Below are positions 51,960 through 64,000 of a stretch of 64,000 nt of DNA, in pieces (within the stretch, counting starts at the first letter, position 1; each line of letters starts with the position of its first letter). The notes beneath the pieces were generated by a model. That model was not told the origin of the DNA and did no database searches. It saw nothing but the letters and a program-made list of their open reading frames with translations. Origin of the DNA: Lama guanicoe (taxonomy: Eukaryota); the NCBI GenBank assembly GCA_013239625.1, contig MU054220.1:6122626-6186625 (forward strand). Direction: 5' to 3'. Made by a program: the position numbers and the translations under genes.

Positions 51960-52199
51960 CTCTGAGTTGCATATTGTTGATCCTTATACTGGGGAGAGTG
52001 TCTTTATTGCAGGATACCTGTAAGTGACAATATAGTGAAATAGGAGAAAGTGCCTTTTTAAGGAGGGAAAAATGCGGGATTGAAATAAGCGATGGAAAGT
52101 CTTTATAGGTGATAATAGATAGTCAGTAAATACTAGTTGACTTAAAGTACACCATCTTCCCTAGTGCTTTCCTGTCCTGTTCTCATTTTCCCTTTCTGT

Positions 52200-52812
52200 A
52201 TGGATATAATTGAAAATTCTTCAAATTGCAGATGCCTTCTGCCCTCTGGACCACCTGTCTATTATGGTAGGATGCCCCACCCTTGTCATTTACACCTGCC
52301 ATTTTCAAGTTGTTTATGAGACATGGACAGCCTCATTTGCTTTGGGCACAGCACCTCTTCCATTTGGTAAAGACTCATGGAAGATACTCATTGTTTCTTG
52401 TCCCCCCACATTCTCCCTTGTCTTCTTCCTTAAAACAGTAACCTGATTTTTTTTTCTCAGAAGAGGTGGGCTAGGTTATTGATCTAAAGATAGACACAGA
52501 GCCATTCTAACAAATGAGACACTATAGCTGTCTAGTGGGGACGTCCCTTAGGAAAGACTTGTCCTCAAGAAGGTGAGAAAGAGGTGGCACTCCCTGCATT
52601 TTGAAGGGTTCCTCGCTTCCTGTCTTTGAATACAGTATGAGGATGAAAGGTTCAGATGATACTGCTGCAATCATGAGAGGAACCTTGTTGAGTTAATAAA
52701 CCTTTACAAGCAATTGTCAACCTCCCAGCGTTTTGTTAGATGAGAAGAAATCCCCATTTTTAAAGCCTTCTTAGGTTTTATGCTCTTTGGAGTCAAACCA
52801 CCTGTTGATTAA
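52200..52812 (+). mobile_element. Very old MaLR LTR (MLT1K/L-like)
   Basis: 3' end ttgttagatgagaagaaatccccatttttaaagcc...gagtcaaacc resembles old MLT1 termini; the rest is highly diverged. Confidence 0.45.
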
Positions 52813-55408
52813 TGATGAAGTGTGATTATACAGTCATTTTACTATTTCCCTACAACCTCCCGTGACTCTTGTGATATTTTCCATTTTAGAATTCTCCAGA
52901 TAGAGATTTCCTGATGGGCTCTAACTGACCATACATTTTAAAATTTAATTAAGCAAATGTTTACTATCTCACTTCTGTGTTAAACTGTGAGTTGGACAAG
53001 GATAATGTTTTATTTATCTCTGCATGTCTGCTATTTTGATGAAACATACAGTAAATACTCAGTAAATTCTTCTTGAATGAATTATCTTATATTTTTCTTA
53101 CTGTGTGCCAGGCATTGTGTTAAATGTCAGAGATGCAAATATAAATAAAACATGCTGATTTCACTTAATGATGTATTTCATACTTCAGATGACATTTGCA
53201 CTTTTTTCCTTTCCAAAATACTATAAAATTTTTTGAGGACCAATTCCTTGTCTGCTTCATTTTTATAGATTATAGAATTCATACCTAACATAATGTATTT
53301 TATCTCTAAGATCCTAAAAATCCAATGTAATTTAATAAATATGTGTCAAATAAATATCTCTATAACTGCCCACCCCATTACTATATCTGAATTATGTGGC
53401 AGTTACCTTAGGAAATTGTTGCCCTTATGTTCTGTTTGGTTGAGTTACTTTTATCTTACTTCCCCAATGTTTTATTTTCATATTTTCTCTCTTCTTGCAT
53501 TCATTTCAAAGCTTGCCACTCTGTTCCACACATAGTTTCAAGTTCTCTCTCTTTCTCTGTATGTAAATATCCTCTCTCCTTTTTGATAAGGATAGATTCT
53601 TCTATGCATAGTATAAGTTTATTCTTTAAAGTCTTAGCAAGTTTATGTATTTGGCCTACATTTCACAGGTACTTTTTCTACATCTGTCCTTTTAATCAGC
53701 ATCGGGAAGTTTGAGGACATAATTTTGTTTCAGCCTTCTTTCTTGAGTTTTCACGTGAGTTGAACACTTTATTTTTTCATATTTTTTGTTCTTCTGCAAA
53801 ACCTATTGCCCATTACATCTGGTAATAATCACAGCTAGAAGTTGTCAGTCCTATTTTTGAGAAAGACCAGAAGTGGCTTGAAATGACATTTGATTCCACT
53901 TGTCTATAATAATAGAAAGGAGAATAAGTTACTCCTACCAAAAGATGATTGTCCCTGACAAGCAAAGCTTGTGGTTTATTAATAATTAAAAATATTTCTG
54001 TGTTCTGCTACTGATGGAATAATTGCTTGTTCAGTCAATACCAGTGTACCATTTATTATTCATTAAAGATAAATGCAGTGTAATGGCCTTGAATTACAAT
54101 GTGTTACAATGAGATTACAAAGGTCATAAAAAGTTGATTCATTATTTAGGAATGGATTAAATTTCTCTACTGATCTCAGTGACTAGGAAAATGCACCAGA
54201 TCTCCACAGTGACACAGAGTTTTCATTATAAGGGGTATTTAACTAGCTGAGGGTAAGCTTTAACTATTATTTGAACTAGGCCCATGGTGTTCATGGCAGT
54301 GACAGAAGTGAAGGCTCTGCATTAAGGGTGAATATGAGATTCTCAGAGGAGATGTGACACCCAGGAATGCTGCCTACGTTCTCCAGGAGTACTGTCCTCA
54401 CTCCTCGTGCGAGACCCTCTCGGGCTCTTGCTTGGGCACTCTGTGCTGGGTCCTTACAGCTCAGCCAAGTTTCCTTCAAGAGCTTTATGTTCAGATAACA
54501 TTTTCCTCCCTCTCAGGAGAGTTGGTTGAAATTTTTAAGGGCCTTATGAATGATTCATTCCCCTTTCTCTCTGATTCTTTTGAATCTTTACACTCAGATT
54601 AGGGCAAATATCAGGGAAAAGCGGGCTTTTCTTCAATTCTTCTTCTGAGTTTTTTCCTGCCCTCAGTGCTACCAGAAGTGAAAACTCTCAGCTAAGAAAT
54701 CACCTCTCCCCTCTTTTCAGGACTTAAACAGTCTTGTCATTACAGATGATGCTACCTGCATACTGTAATGGCCTTTTATTTCTTTCTATTCAAGTGATGT
54801 CTGAAAAAGTAGGGAGAGGAGGGAAGCAATGTCTATTCTGAGTAAGGATGGTCTCCAGGATTTCTCCAGTGGATTCATGTCCTGTGTATGGCTCATCTAG
54901 AAAGAATGGGAGTTGATTTAGGTCAGGTTGCTATTATCTTTGAGAACAGACGGACTTGAGCCTCAGTATGCAATAAGGAGGACTTTTCAGTATCTCGGGG
55001 CATTTAAAATTCATAGTAACAGCTGCAATCAAGAAGCTTCTGTTCTGGTGCATAAATAGTCATGTGCTTGTTCCTTGCTGTAGGGAATCATTTGTGTGTC
55101 TTTAGAATGGAGTTCAAATAGTATCCTGCTACATAAAGATGATAATATGGGGCGGGGGGATTAGCGTGCCAATCTCCCAAGTGTCCCTTGGTAACAGTGT
55201 ACACCAAAGCCAAGGCTGGATGAGAAATTCCTGACTTTAGAAACATTTATTGAGTGACTGCTGTGTACCAGACACAATATTAAACTTGAAGCCAATTATG
55301 TGATAAAGGTAATATAATGTGATAGAAATGAGAAAGTAAAGGAATAATCTCACTGAAAATTGGCCAGAATCCCTGTGATATTTCTCCAGTGTTAAAATAT
55401 AAACCATT

Positions 55409-55734
55409 AAAAAAAAAAAGGGACACTATGAACTCATCTACAAAACAGGAACAGACTCTCAGACGTAGTAAACAATCTTATGGTTACCAGGGAAAGGGCG
55501 GGGAAGAGACAAATTTGGGAGTTTGAGATTTACAAATGTTAGCCACTATATATAAAAATAGATTTTAGAAAGTTTCTTCTGTATAGCACAGGGAACTATT
55601 TTTAATATCTTATAATGACATTTAATGAAAAAAATATGAAAACAAGTACATATATATATATATGCATGACTGGGACATTGTGCTGTACACCAGAAGCTGA
55701 CACAGTGTAATGGACTGTACTTCAATAAAAAAGT
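55409..55734 (+). mobile_element. L1 3'-end fragment (lineage-specific)
   Basis: tgaactcatctacaaaacaggaacagactc...tgtatagcacagggaacta...tgctgtacaccagaag...caataaaaaa; perfect 12-bp TSD atataaaccatt at 55397-55408 and 55735-55746. Confidence 0.93.
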
Positions 55735-56509
55735 ATATAAACCATTTAAAAATGAGTCAGTATTTAAAGATTTTGATATTTCCTGGACTTTTATTTCGTT
55801 AGATTCAGGAAGTCGTAGGTAATCTGTGCTGTATCTCACTCTGCACTACCTAAGCCTTGAATAAAGTATGGGGACATGCAGCATATTTGGGGGAAAGTTT
55901 GCTTATGTCATTCTGGGTTGCAGCTAATTGTCCCGATGCTTCTAAAACTTCACTTCTCAAAGCCGTAACGAGCACATGCTCATAGCTCAGCTCTCATCAG
56001 CCTGAGAGAAAAATGCACTTTGCATTGCACTAGGTTCCTACAATGATTCCGCAGGAGTGATCAAATGCTTGGGTTTATTTCACAGCCATCTATCCAGTAT
56101 CACCAGGTGTGACTCAGGCTGCATTGATCATTCAGGAAGCTTTAACACATAACATTTTAAGCTGCTTCTCTTGCCTTCTGAATTCATGTATTTGCTCCAG
56201 TTCACAAGAGTTAACAAGTTGATTAGCCTTCTCTTGGGAAGATTATCAGCTAGGTAATGCAATTGATGACTCAAATTCCTAAAGCCATTGTTAAACTTCT
56301 TCGTGTCATTTAGGGTTCTAAATGTTCTCTGGGAATTTGGGGGGACTCAGTGCAGGTCTAGGTACCTGTGAGACATGAGGTAAGAGACAATGGATCTGCT
56401 TTGCAAAGATGAGCTTCCTTTCCTACCCATTTAACATTCTTCTTTGACAATGATTCTCACAGTTTCTGGTGAAGCAGGGTTTCAGATCACAGCCCTTCTC
56501 CCTAGTTTG

Positions 56510-57210
56510 GATTCATACTTATTCATTAAATAATATGTACTGTGTTCCTTTTAGGTGCCAAATACTGTTCTAGATTCAGGGATGCATCAGTAAACATTGA
56601 GAAAAAGGATTCCAGTCCTTTTTTTTTTAAATTGAGGTATAGTCAGTTTACAATGTTGTGTCAATTTCTGGTGTACAGCATAATGTTTCAGTCATACATG
56701 TATATACTCATATGTGTTTTCATATCCTTTTTCATTATAGGTTACTGCAGGATATTGAATATAATCCCTTCTATACAGTATATCCTTGTTGTTTATCTAT
56801 TTTCTATGGAGTAGTATATATCTGCAAATCTTGAAGGAGTTCCAGTCTTATGGAGTTTACGTTATACTGGGAGTTGACTAGAAGCAGTGAGGAGACAGAA
56901 ATAATAAACAAAGCAATCAAACTGCAGCAATAAGTATTTCATAGAGTTGTAAATGGTATGAAAACAATTCAACTGGAGCACTCAGCACAGAGTGGCAGGG
57001 TGGTTGTGTAGATTTCCTCATCAGGAGAAGCTTTTCTGAGGCGATGCTGTTTGAGCTGAAGTCTGAGTGACGTGAAATAACCATTCAAGCAAAGATCTGG
57101 GAGGAGAAGAAGCAGCCAGTGCAAATACCCTAGGATAGGACCAAGCTTGAAAGTTCCAACTACAAACAACAGGGCAGTGGTGGCTAAAAAATGGTGAGTG
57201 AGATGGAGAG
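56510..57210 (-). mobile_element. L2 3' fragment interrupted by an L1 fragment
   Basis: attcatacttattcattaaataatatgtactg, ttatggagtttacgtta, gtttgagctgaagtctgag, cagtgcaaataccctagg. Confidence 0.8.
56619..56835 (-). mobile_element. L1 3'-end fragment
   Basis: T-run then aattgaggtatagtcagtttacaatgttgtgtcaatttctggtgtacagc; imperfect TSD gga(g)ttccagtc at ~56607-56617 and ~56836-56847. Confidence 0.9.
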
Positions 57211-57214
57211 CCTC

Positions 57215-57720
57215 AGTTTTTGCTTCCAAATATCAGGCCCAGAGCCAAAAGCTGTGAGCACGCGTCTGTTGGAAAGTGAAAGCCTGGGGAGAGAAGTGAG
57301 GCGCAAGGGGAGTGAAGCTTGGGCAGGAGAGCCGGTAGGAGGACGTGGAATCAAGCTGACTGTTCAGAGTGACTGCTTGACCTTAAAGAACCATCCTCTG
57401 AGAAATCATCTGAAAAGCCAGCACTCAAGGAGAAAAAGGGAGAAAAATTACCCATCAACCACCCTTGCCAATTGATCAAGGGTGTTTGCACCACAGAGTA
57501 TTAATCCCCTGAACTTCTGGAGTGTACATGCTTTGGACAAAGAGGAAGTCTTGTTTTTGTCACACCTCAGCATTAATAGAGAAGCTCTGGGGCAGGAGGT
57601 ATGGGGCACGTTGAGGGGAAGAGGTTGCTGTCAAGTTGCACCTGTGTGAATTCAGTCAGGGCCAGGAAGAGCTGATGGTGCCTCCAACAAGAGACCACAA
57701 TGATCAGAAACGGTGTCTAA
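57215..57720 (-). mobile_element. LTR16-like (ERVL) solo LTR
   Basis: ccaattgatcaagggtgtttgcaccacagagtattaatcccctgaacttctgg resembles the recalled LTR16 core. Confidence 0.55.
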
Positions 57721-57990
57721 GCAGTTTATTGCAGAGTGACGTTCGCGATGGACTAGAAAAAGTAACCCAGCACCAGCAACGTAGAGGTCATGGTACAGAG
57801 TCTTAGAGATCTTAGAGGTCTCAGCTGCCATGGTACAAAGTATATATTTTATCCTAAGTATGTTGGGGAAATGCTGGATGTCATTAATCAGGGTAACAAT
57901 GTGAATTGTTTTATATTTGAAATAGATCAACTTGGCTTTCATGTGGAGAAATGCTTGTCAAGGGATAACAATGGAACATTTCAACCAGAG

Positions 57991-58216
57991 CAGTAGTCAG
58001 CAAAGTATGACCTGTAGGTCAGATCCTGCTCATCTCCTGTTTTCAAAGATAAAATGTTACTGGAACACAGCCACACTTATTCATATCCATGGTGTCCATG
58101 GCTCTTTTCACACAACTGCAGTCAAGTTTAGTAATTGCAGCAGACGCCGTATGTCCTGCAAAGCCTAAAGTATTTGCTGTTTGACCGTTCACAGAAAAAG
58201 TTCTTTGAACACTCCA
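57991..58216 (-). mobile_element. MER58A hAT-Charlie MITE
   Basis: tggaacacagccacac...gcaaagcctaaagtatttgc...cacagaaaaagtt. Confidence 0.88.
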
Positions 58217-58471
58217 TAAGAGTAGTCTGCCTTCAGCATGGTCTGACAGTGCCACTCCTGCTTCAGTGTTATCAGTATCCTTCAGTATCAGTATCCTTCA
58301 GGGGTTATCTTGAGGATGTTTTACTACAGTGACATTGATTTCATATCATAAAACTTTGTTTAGAAAGCAAACCTACTTTCAAAATACATCTTATTTGCTA
58401 TACGCCATCTTGTTACTTTTATACAAAGCTAAACAATATGCTGGTATAACCACTGCTTTATATGTATTACG

Positions 58472-58850
58472 TGTATTACTCAGCTTTGCTGTAGTTAAAA
58501 AAAAAAACTCAGTTGCTTTTAAGAATACAATGTCTTTTCCCTCACATCTCTTGTCATCAGTTGTGGGTGAGATGCTGAAACTCTACTCCAAGGTTTTTCA
58601 CATTTGGGGATCCAAACTCCAGAAACAGTCACAATTTGAGATGTATTAGCTTTCTGGTAGAGGGAATAATCATGAGCTTCCTTGTGAAAACTCAGAAGGC
58701 TTCTTAAAGCTTTTGCTCTAATGACGCATACATCACATCTGCTCGTGTTCCGTTGGCTAATGCACATCACATGACCAAACCCAACATCAGTGGAGTGAGA
58801 TGTACACTATTCAACAGTGAGGTGAACCTGCAAATCACAGTTTTAATCAT
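58472..58850 (-). mobile_element. MLT1I/J-like MaLR solo LTR
   Basis: cagctttgctgtag...catcacatctgctcgtgttccgttggctaa...cacatgaccaaacccaacatcagtgg. Confidence 0.72.
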
Positions 58851-59091
58851 CAAGGACTTTATATCCCTTTAACAGAAAGATTGGGAGAAGGAAATTATTG
58901 ACATGCCTATTATCAATGTATTGACTCAGCTCCAAATCTGCATTTTGTTGACTTACTTTGTGATACTGGACCAGAATCCTGTAAACAACTGTTTACAGTG
59001 TACAATGGGCTCAGTGTTAAGCTTGGTTGATAGAGCGTGCTGGAGAGATACTGCAAAATGATAACAAGAGCAAAAGGTTCTCCTTCCTGGT

Positions 59092-59287
59092 TAAGATGGT
59101 CAGATTTAGCAAACAAAATAAAGGATGTTTGACAAACTCGAATTTCAGATAAAAAACAAATGATTTATTTTTTGCAGTAAAGATTGTTCCAAATATTGCA
59201 AGGGGTATACTCATACTAAAATGTTATTCATTGTTTACCTGAAACTTAAATATCACAGGATGTCCTGTATTTCTTCTGGCAAACCTA
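59092..59287. mobile_element. MER53 palindromic hAT MITE
   Basis: cagatttagcaaacaaaataaaggatg...gaatttcagata / tacctgaaacttaaa...gtcctgtatttcttctggcaaaccta; TSD tcctggt(t) at ~59085-59091 and 59288-59295. Confidence 0.9.
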
Positions 59288-59334
59288 TCCTGGTTCCACC
59301 GAGCTGTTTCTTCGGAGTAGCAAGCTAGGATCAG

Positions 59335-59748
59335 TGTGTGGGAGGCATGGCTGCAGTGACATCAGAGGCCCAGGTCAGCTGCAGTCTCCCCTCCCAGCAA
59401 GTTTCTCTCCACATCAACTTCTGATCAGAGCCTGGGCAACTTCTTCACCTCCAACAGGGTGCCTGTTCCCGTGGTCGGGGGGCCATACCCTCTCCAAAGC
59501 ATGTGAATCTCAGCCTTAAGGGAGGGGACTCTTCTAAGTAGCTTGTTCCTTTCTTGTTCATTCTCCCCAACCTTAAAAGTAGTAAATGCCTCCTGCATTT
59601 GCTCCTTGTGTGCCCCTTAGAGTTTTTTTTTTTAATCTTTTTTTCATAGTTAACCACTCTTTTACTAGTTTATAATTATTTATATTAAAATTTCCCTGTT
59701 CAAATTACTGGTTTGGTTTCTTTGTCCTGGCAAAACCCTGACTTACGA
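59335..59748 (+). mobile_element. ERVL solo LTR (LTR40/LTR41-like)
   Basis: 3' end tatattaaaatttccctgttcaaattactggtttggtttctttgtcctgg...ccctgact is typical of old ERVL LTRs. Confidence 0.6.
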
Positions 59749-60124
59749 CTAAGGACAACACTCCAGTCTACCACACAAGATAATTTAATGATCAACTATT
59801 TTATGAGAAAATATTTTACCCCATTTTACAGCTAAATAATTTGTTTAAGGAGTTTAAATAATGAATGAAAAGTCATAAACCTAGTGAGTCATGGAGGCTT
59901 GATGTTTATAGTTTCATGCACTTAATTTGCCTAAACGGGACACTAAACGGGAAGTTTTTTCCAACATTTGCTCCAAATAATATACATCTATGAAATTATC
60001 AGCTGGGGAAGTGCTGCCTGCTATTTCTGTCCATGCCTACTCAATGACATTGTTTCAACAGTATGATTTCCCCATTCTACAACTTGAAGATTTGGGCAGA
60101 AAAAATCAGTTAAGGGAAAGTTAC

Positions 60125-60550
60125 TGTTATGGGTTGAATTGTGTTCACCTCAATTTTCATATACTGAAGTCCTATGCCCCAGCACTTTAAAATGTAGCCT
60201 TGTTTGGTGACAGAGCCTTTACAGAGGTAATCAAATTAAGATGAGGTCATTAGGATGGGCCTCAAACCAAATACTGGTATCCTTAATTAAAGGGGAAATT
60301 TCATATACAAGATATACAAAGATATACATGGAAGAAGAAATGTGAAAAAATATAGAAAGAAGATAGCCATCTATAAGCCATGAAGAGAGGCCTGGAAAAT
60401 TCTTCCCATAAAACTCACAGAAGGAACTAAGCCTGCCAACACCTCATTTTTGGGTTTCTAGCCTCTGGAACTATAAGATAATGCATTTCCAGTACTCAGG
60501 CCACCCCATCTATGATAACTTTATTATGGAAGCCCCATAAAACTAATTCA
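60125..60550 (+). mobile_element. MLT1B MaLR solo LTR
   Basis: tgttatgggttgaattgtgt...agaggtaatcaaattaagatgaggtcattagg...cctgccaacacct...aaactaattca. Confidence 0.9.
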
Positions 60551-60799
60551 ATGACTATCAACTGTTGTCCTTCGTATAGGAAGATACTTTTGAATTTTCT
60601 CTTCTGATATTTTCCTAACAAGGGAGAAAGACATCAAATTGTTATACTTTTCTGTACTTTTTAATGAAAATGGCACAGATTACAGTTGAAGCGGCTGGAA
60701 ATATGTTTGCAGAAAGAGGTTATAACCCCACAGAGAACTCAGAGTCTGATGTAAGGATTGAAATTGTACCAGTTTGAGTTATAGTCCTCTTCTCTACAT

Positions 60800-60963
60800 C
60801 TTTGCTGTTGTAAATGTCGTCCAGAAACCAGAGAATCAGCAATGCCTGGGAGTTGGTGGAAGAGCAGAATCTCAGACCTCACTCCAAATTTACTGAGTCA
60901 GAATCCCCATTTTAATGTTCAGGTGATTAATATGCACTTTAACATTCTGAATTCTGAACACTG
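60800..60963. mobile_element. MER5A-family MITE
   Basis: gcagaatctcagacc...tactgagtcagaatcc...caggtgatt. Confidence 0.75.
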
Positions 60964-61918
60964 GGTAACATCATTGCCTACCAGACAAAAATGAAGTAAA
61001 CAAGCAAACAAACAAACAACTCTTAGAGTTTACCTCTCTTTTCATTTTGGGGAATTTCTGAAGCAGCATTTTGCATTGCTGGAGCTGGCTTGTTGGAAGT
61101 ACTAGACATGTTTAGCAAGTCACAAGTACATCTATTTGATTCACAGCTGGCTTAAAATCAATTACCTGAAGCTGAAATGCCTCTCAAAAGTCAACAATGT
61201 GATAATTGCTCTTAATTGTTTCACTGTGACTTTTTCCTGCCTACTTGTTACTTGGATGTTAATAAATGGCTCTCAGAACCAGGAAGAGCCTTTGTTTTAC
61301 CACTGCCAGATGTAGGAAGACATATGTGACATAAATTCAGCTTGTTGCTGTAATATGTAGATATTTTGAACCAATCAATAAATTAATGAAACCAAATAAA
61401 ATGATGTAAAAAAACATCAGAAAAACACAAAAACCCTAAAGAACTCTCGCTACGTTTATCTGCTTTTGTCACCAACCTTCAGATCCACCTTCTATAATGT
61501 AGGTCATCAGCAGAATTCTTACAAAACAAAAAAAAATTTAACACATTTTTTTTTTTGCTGGAATTTTGGATCCATTCATTTTTGTTTTTATGTTAGCTTC
61601 TTTTTCTTCTAATACAAGAGGCAACTTACTTTATTTTTGCAATTAAAGTCGTATGTTTTTGTTTTATTTGGGAAATAGGAGAGTTGTCCTTTATCTTCTT
61701 GTTGAGAAACATTCCGAAGAAGAATGAAAACCTCACAATTTTATTTGCTGGATTTGGAGACTCAAAATCACCATTGGAAAGAAGATTCTCACTCGCTACT
61801 AGTTGGAGTGTAAATTTGTAAAAAAAAAAAAAAAGAGAGAGAGAGAAATGGAGTCAATCGGCTATGTTTACTAAATTTATAATTGAACATATCTCTTGAC
61901 ATGACAATTAGATTTCTT

Positions 61919-62824
61919 TTTTAAATTATACTTTTTAATTTGAAATAATTATAGATTCATGTACAGTTGTAAAAAATAATACAGAGAGATCCCTTGTACC
62001 CATTTTCTTTCTCCCAATGGTTAACATCTTGCAGTATTACAACCAGGATGGGTACTGACACAGTCAAGATAAGATGCAGAACATTTCCATCCCCACAAGG
62101 CTCCCTCATATTGCCCTTTTATGGCCACACACACTTCCCTACCCCCTCCACCCCCTCCTTAACTGTCCAGGGACAGCCACTAATCTGTTCTCCGTTTCTC
62201 TAATTTTGACTTTTCTAAAATACTATATAAGTCAAATCATACAGTATTTTGGGATTGGCTTTTTTCATTCAACATGATTATCTAGGTATTTGTCTAGATT
62301 GTTGCATGTATCAATAGTTTGCTCCTTTTTATTGCTGAGTAGTATTCAGTGTACCACGGTTTAAAAATTCATCCATTGAAGGGCATTTGTGTTGTTTCTA
62401 CTTTGGGGCCTTTATGAATAAAACCACTTTAAACACTTTTGTACAGCTTTTTGTGTGAACATAAGTCTTCATTTCTTTACAGTATATGCTCAAGAATCCA
62501 GTTGCTGGGTTATATGGTAGTTCCATGTTTAGTTTTTTAAGGAACTGCCAAACTGTTTTCCAGAGTACCTTCCACATTTTATGTTCCCACCAGCATTGTT
62601 GTGAGTGACCCAGTTTCTCCACGCTGTCACTAGCATATGGTGTTGTCACTATTTTTTTTTTTTAACTTTAGTCATTCTGGTATGTTTGTAGTAATATCTT
62701 TGTGGTTTTAAATTGCATTTCCCTGACAGCCAGTGATGTTGAACATCTTTTCATGTGTTTATTTGTCATCTGTATATCCTCTGTGGTAAAAAATCTGTTT
62801 CTGTCTATTGCCCATTTTCTAAAC
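61919..62824 (-). mobile_element. L1MC1/2-type 3' fragment inserted into an older sense L1ME (~61780-63300)
   Basis: T-run then aaataattatagattcatg...atacagagagatccc...gaacatttccatc...; 15-bp TSD acaattag(a/g)tttctt at 61904-61918 and 62825-62839. Confidence 0.9.
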
Positions 62825-64000
62825 ACAATTAGGTTTCTTAAATTTATCCTAGAAATGTAGTTACATATGTTCAAAATTACAAGTGAATTAAATTATTCAT
62901 TGTGGTATTATTTGCAAAGACAAAAATTTAGAAACACCCAAAATGACTACAATAAGAAATGATTACATAAATTTTAATACACTCAAATAATGGAGTACTA
63001 TACAGCTATACAAAACGATGAAGTTCATTATGTACAGTTACTGCCTGTATCTATTTTTGAGTGAAACAAAGTTTCATGAAGTTTATCTTTTCTGTTTTAT
63101 GAAAACAGAAAAAGAAGATTGTGTCATTTTAGCTGCTTATACATACCTAAATTATATTTGGAAGGATACACAAGAAAAAAAAGCATGTGGGGCAAAGCTG
63201 TGGATGAAGATGAGAAAGTTTACCTTATATTCCAATTTTCTTTTAGTTTTGGAAACATTTAAAGAGAAATTCAATTTAAAAATAATAAAAACAGCACAAA
63301 AGGTTATGTCTCACAGTAATAGCAACAAAACTATTTTAAGATTCTATGTACTGGGTTAATATTGGAATGTTCCAGAATAATGATTTGGTAGCTAGTATAT
63401 ATTCTGCTCAAGTCAATGCCCACATTCCTCTAACTTAACTTGAATGTTGAAACTAAGCAAGGTGTTTGTTTTATTCTTATGCCTGGAGTAGGTACACATT
63501 GCAAAATGTTCTAGGATGACTTTACACTTGTTCTGAATTGTAATGAATTTAGCCATCCTCATCTGTTTTGCTTGTTTGGTTCCTCCAGTGTTCAATGTTT
63601 GCATTACCAAGCTGTGCTGGGCAAATTCTGGTGGCATAAACTGCATAAATGATGAGAGATTCCCACTGTTCCAAAGAGCCTAAACATGGTTCTGTATATT
63701 TTATGCCTCTTCGCCCCTTGGCCACTCCCTACCCTCCAGTAATTAGCTTCCCAATATGGCTCCTTTTCGGTATGGCTAGCTGCAGGTGTTGTGCACCCTC
63801 GGAACACCCTCCTGCTGATGATCAGCCATCTCTAGTTCCCTGTAAGAATACTCGCCATAGATAATGCAGGTTATTAATCCAGACAGAAATTTTAAATTCT
63901 CACTAAACAAAAATGCTTTCTAATCATTTTTGAGTATTTGGAGAAGCAAATCAAAACACAAAGCAGAGATAATCTGATAAATAGGCTTTTGTGAAAGCGC

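Noticed and set aside
1..64000. Short ORFs (60-155 aa) in the six-frame track
   Set aside because: Many use non-ATG starts, overlap repeats or microsatellites, and show no recognisable domain; the only recognisable peptides are L1 ORF1/ORF2 remnants.
1..64000. CRISPR array or prokaryotic operon/defence system
   Set aside because: No regularly spaced repeat-spacer array and no gene-dense organisation; the repeat content is mammalian.

Overview
Mammalian non-coding genomic DNA (intergenic or deep intronic), most likely camelid (alpaca/camel) because it carries two Vic-1-type tRNA(Ala)-derived SINEs and cetartiodactyl-style L1 3' ends. I found no host protein-coding gene, RNA gene or CRISPR array. 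The only long ORF (38956-39699) is the reverse-transcriptase part of a 5'-truncated young L1 that spans a 176-N assembly gap. Much of the window is interspersed repeat: MaLR/ERVL/ERV1 solo LTRs, L1, L2, MIR, and hAT/Tigger DNA transposon fossils, often nested and several with readable target-site duplications (TSDs). Family names come from recalled consensus sequences, not a database search, so subfamily labels and boundaries are approximate. Most worth follow-up: (i) a ~550-bp non-repeat segment with a short A-tail and 7-bp TSD inside an ERV1 LTR; (ii) a near full-length ancient L1MC/MD with an internal ~1.6-kb inversion; (iii) repeat-free blocks with composite developmental TF motifs (Sox-Oct, Pbx-Hox/Meis plus MORE, AP-1 cluster). 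I see no evidence for a novel biological system here.
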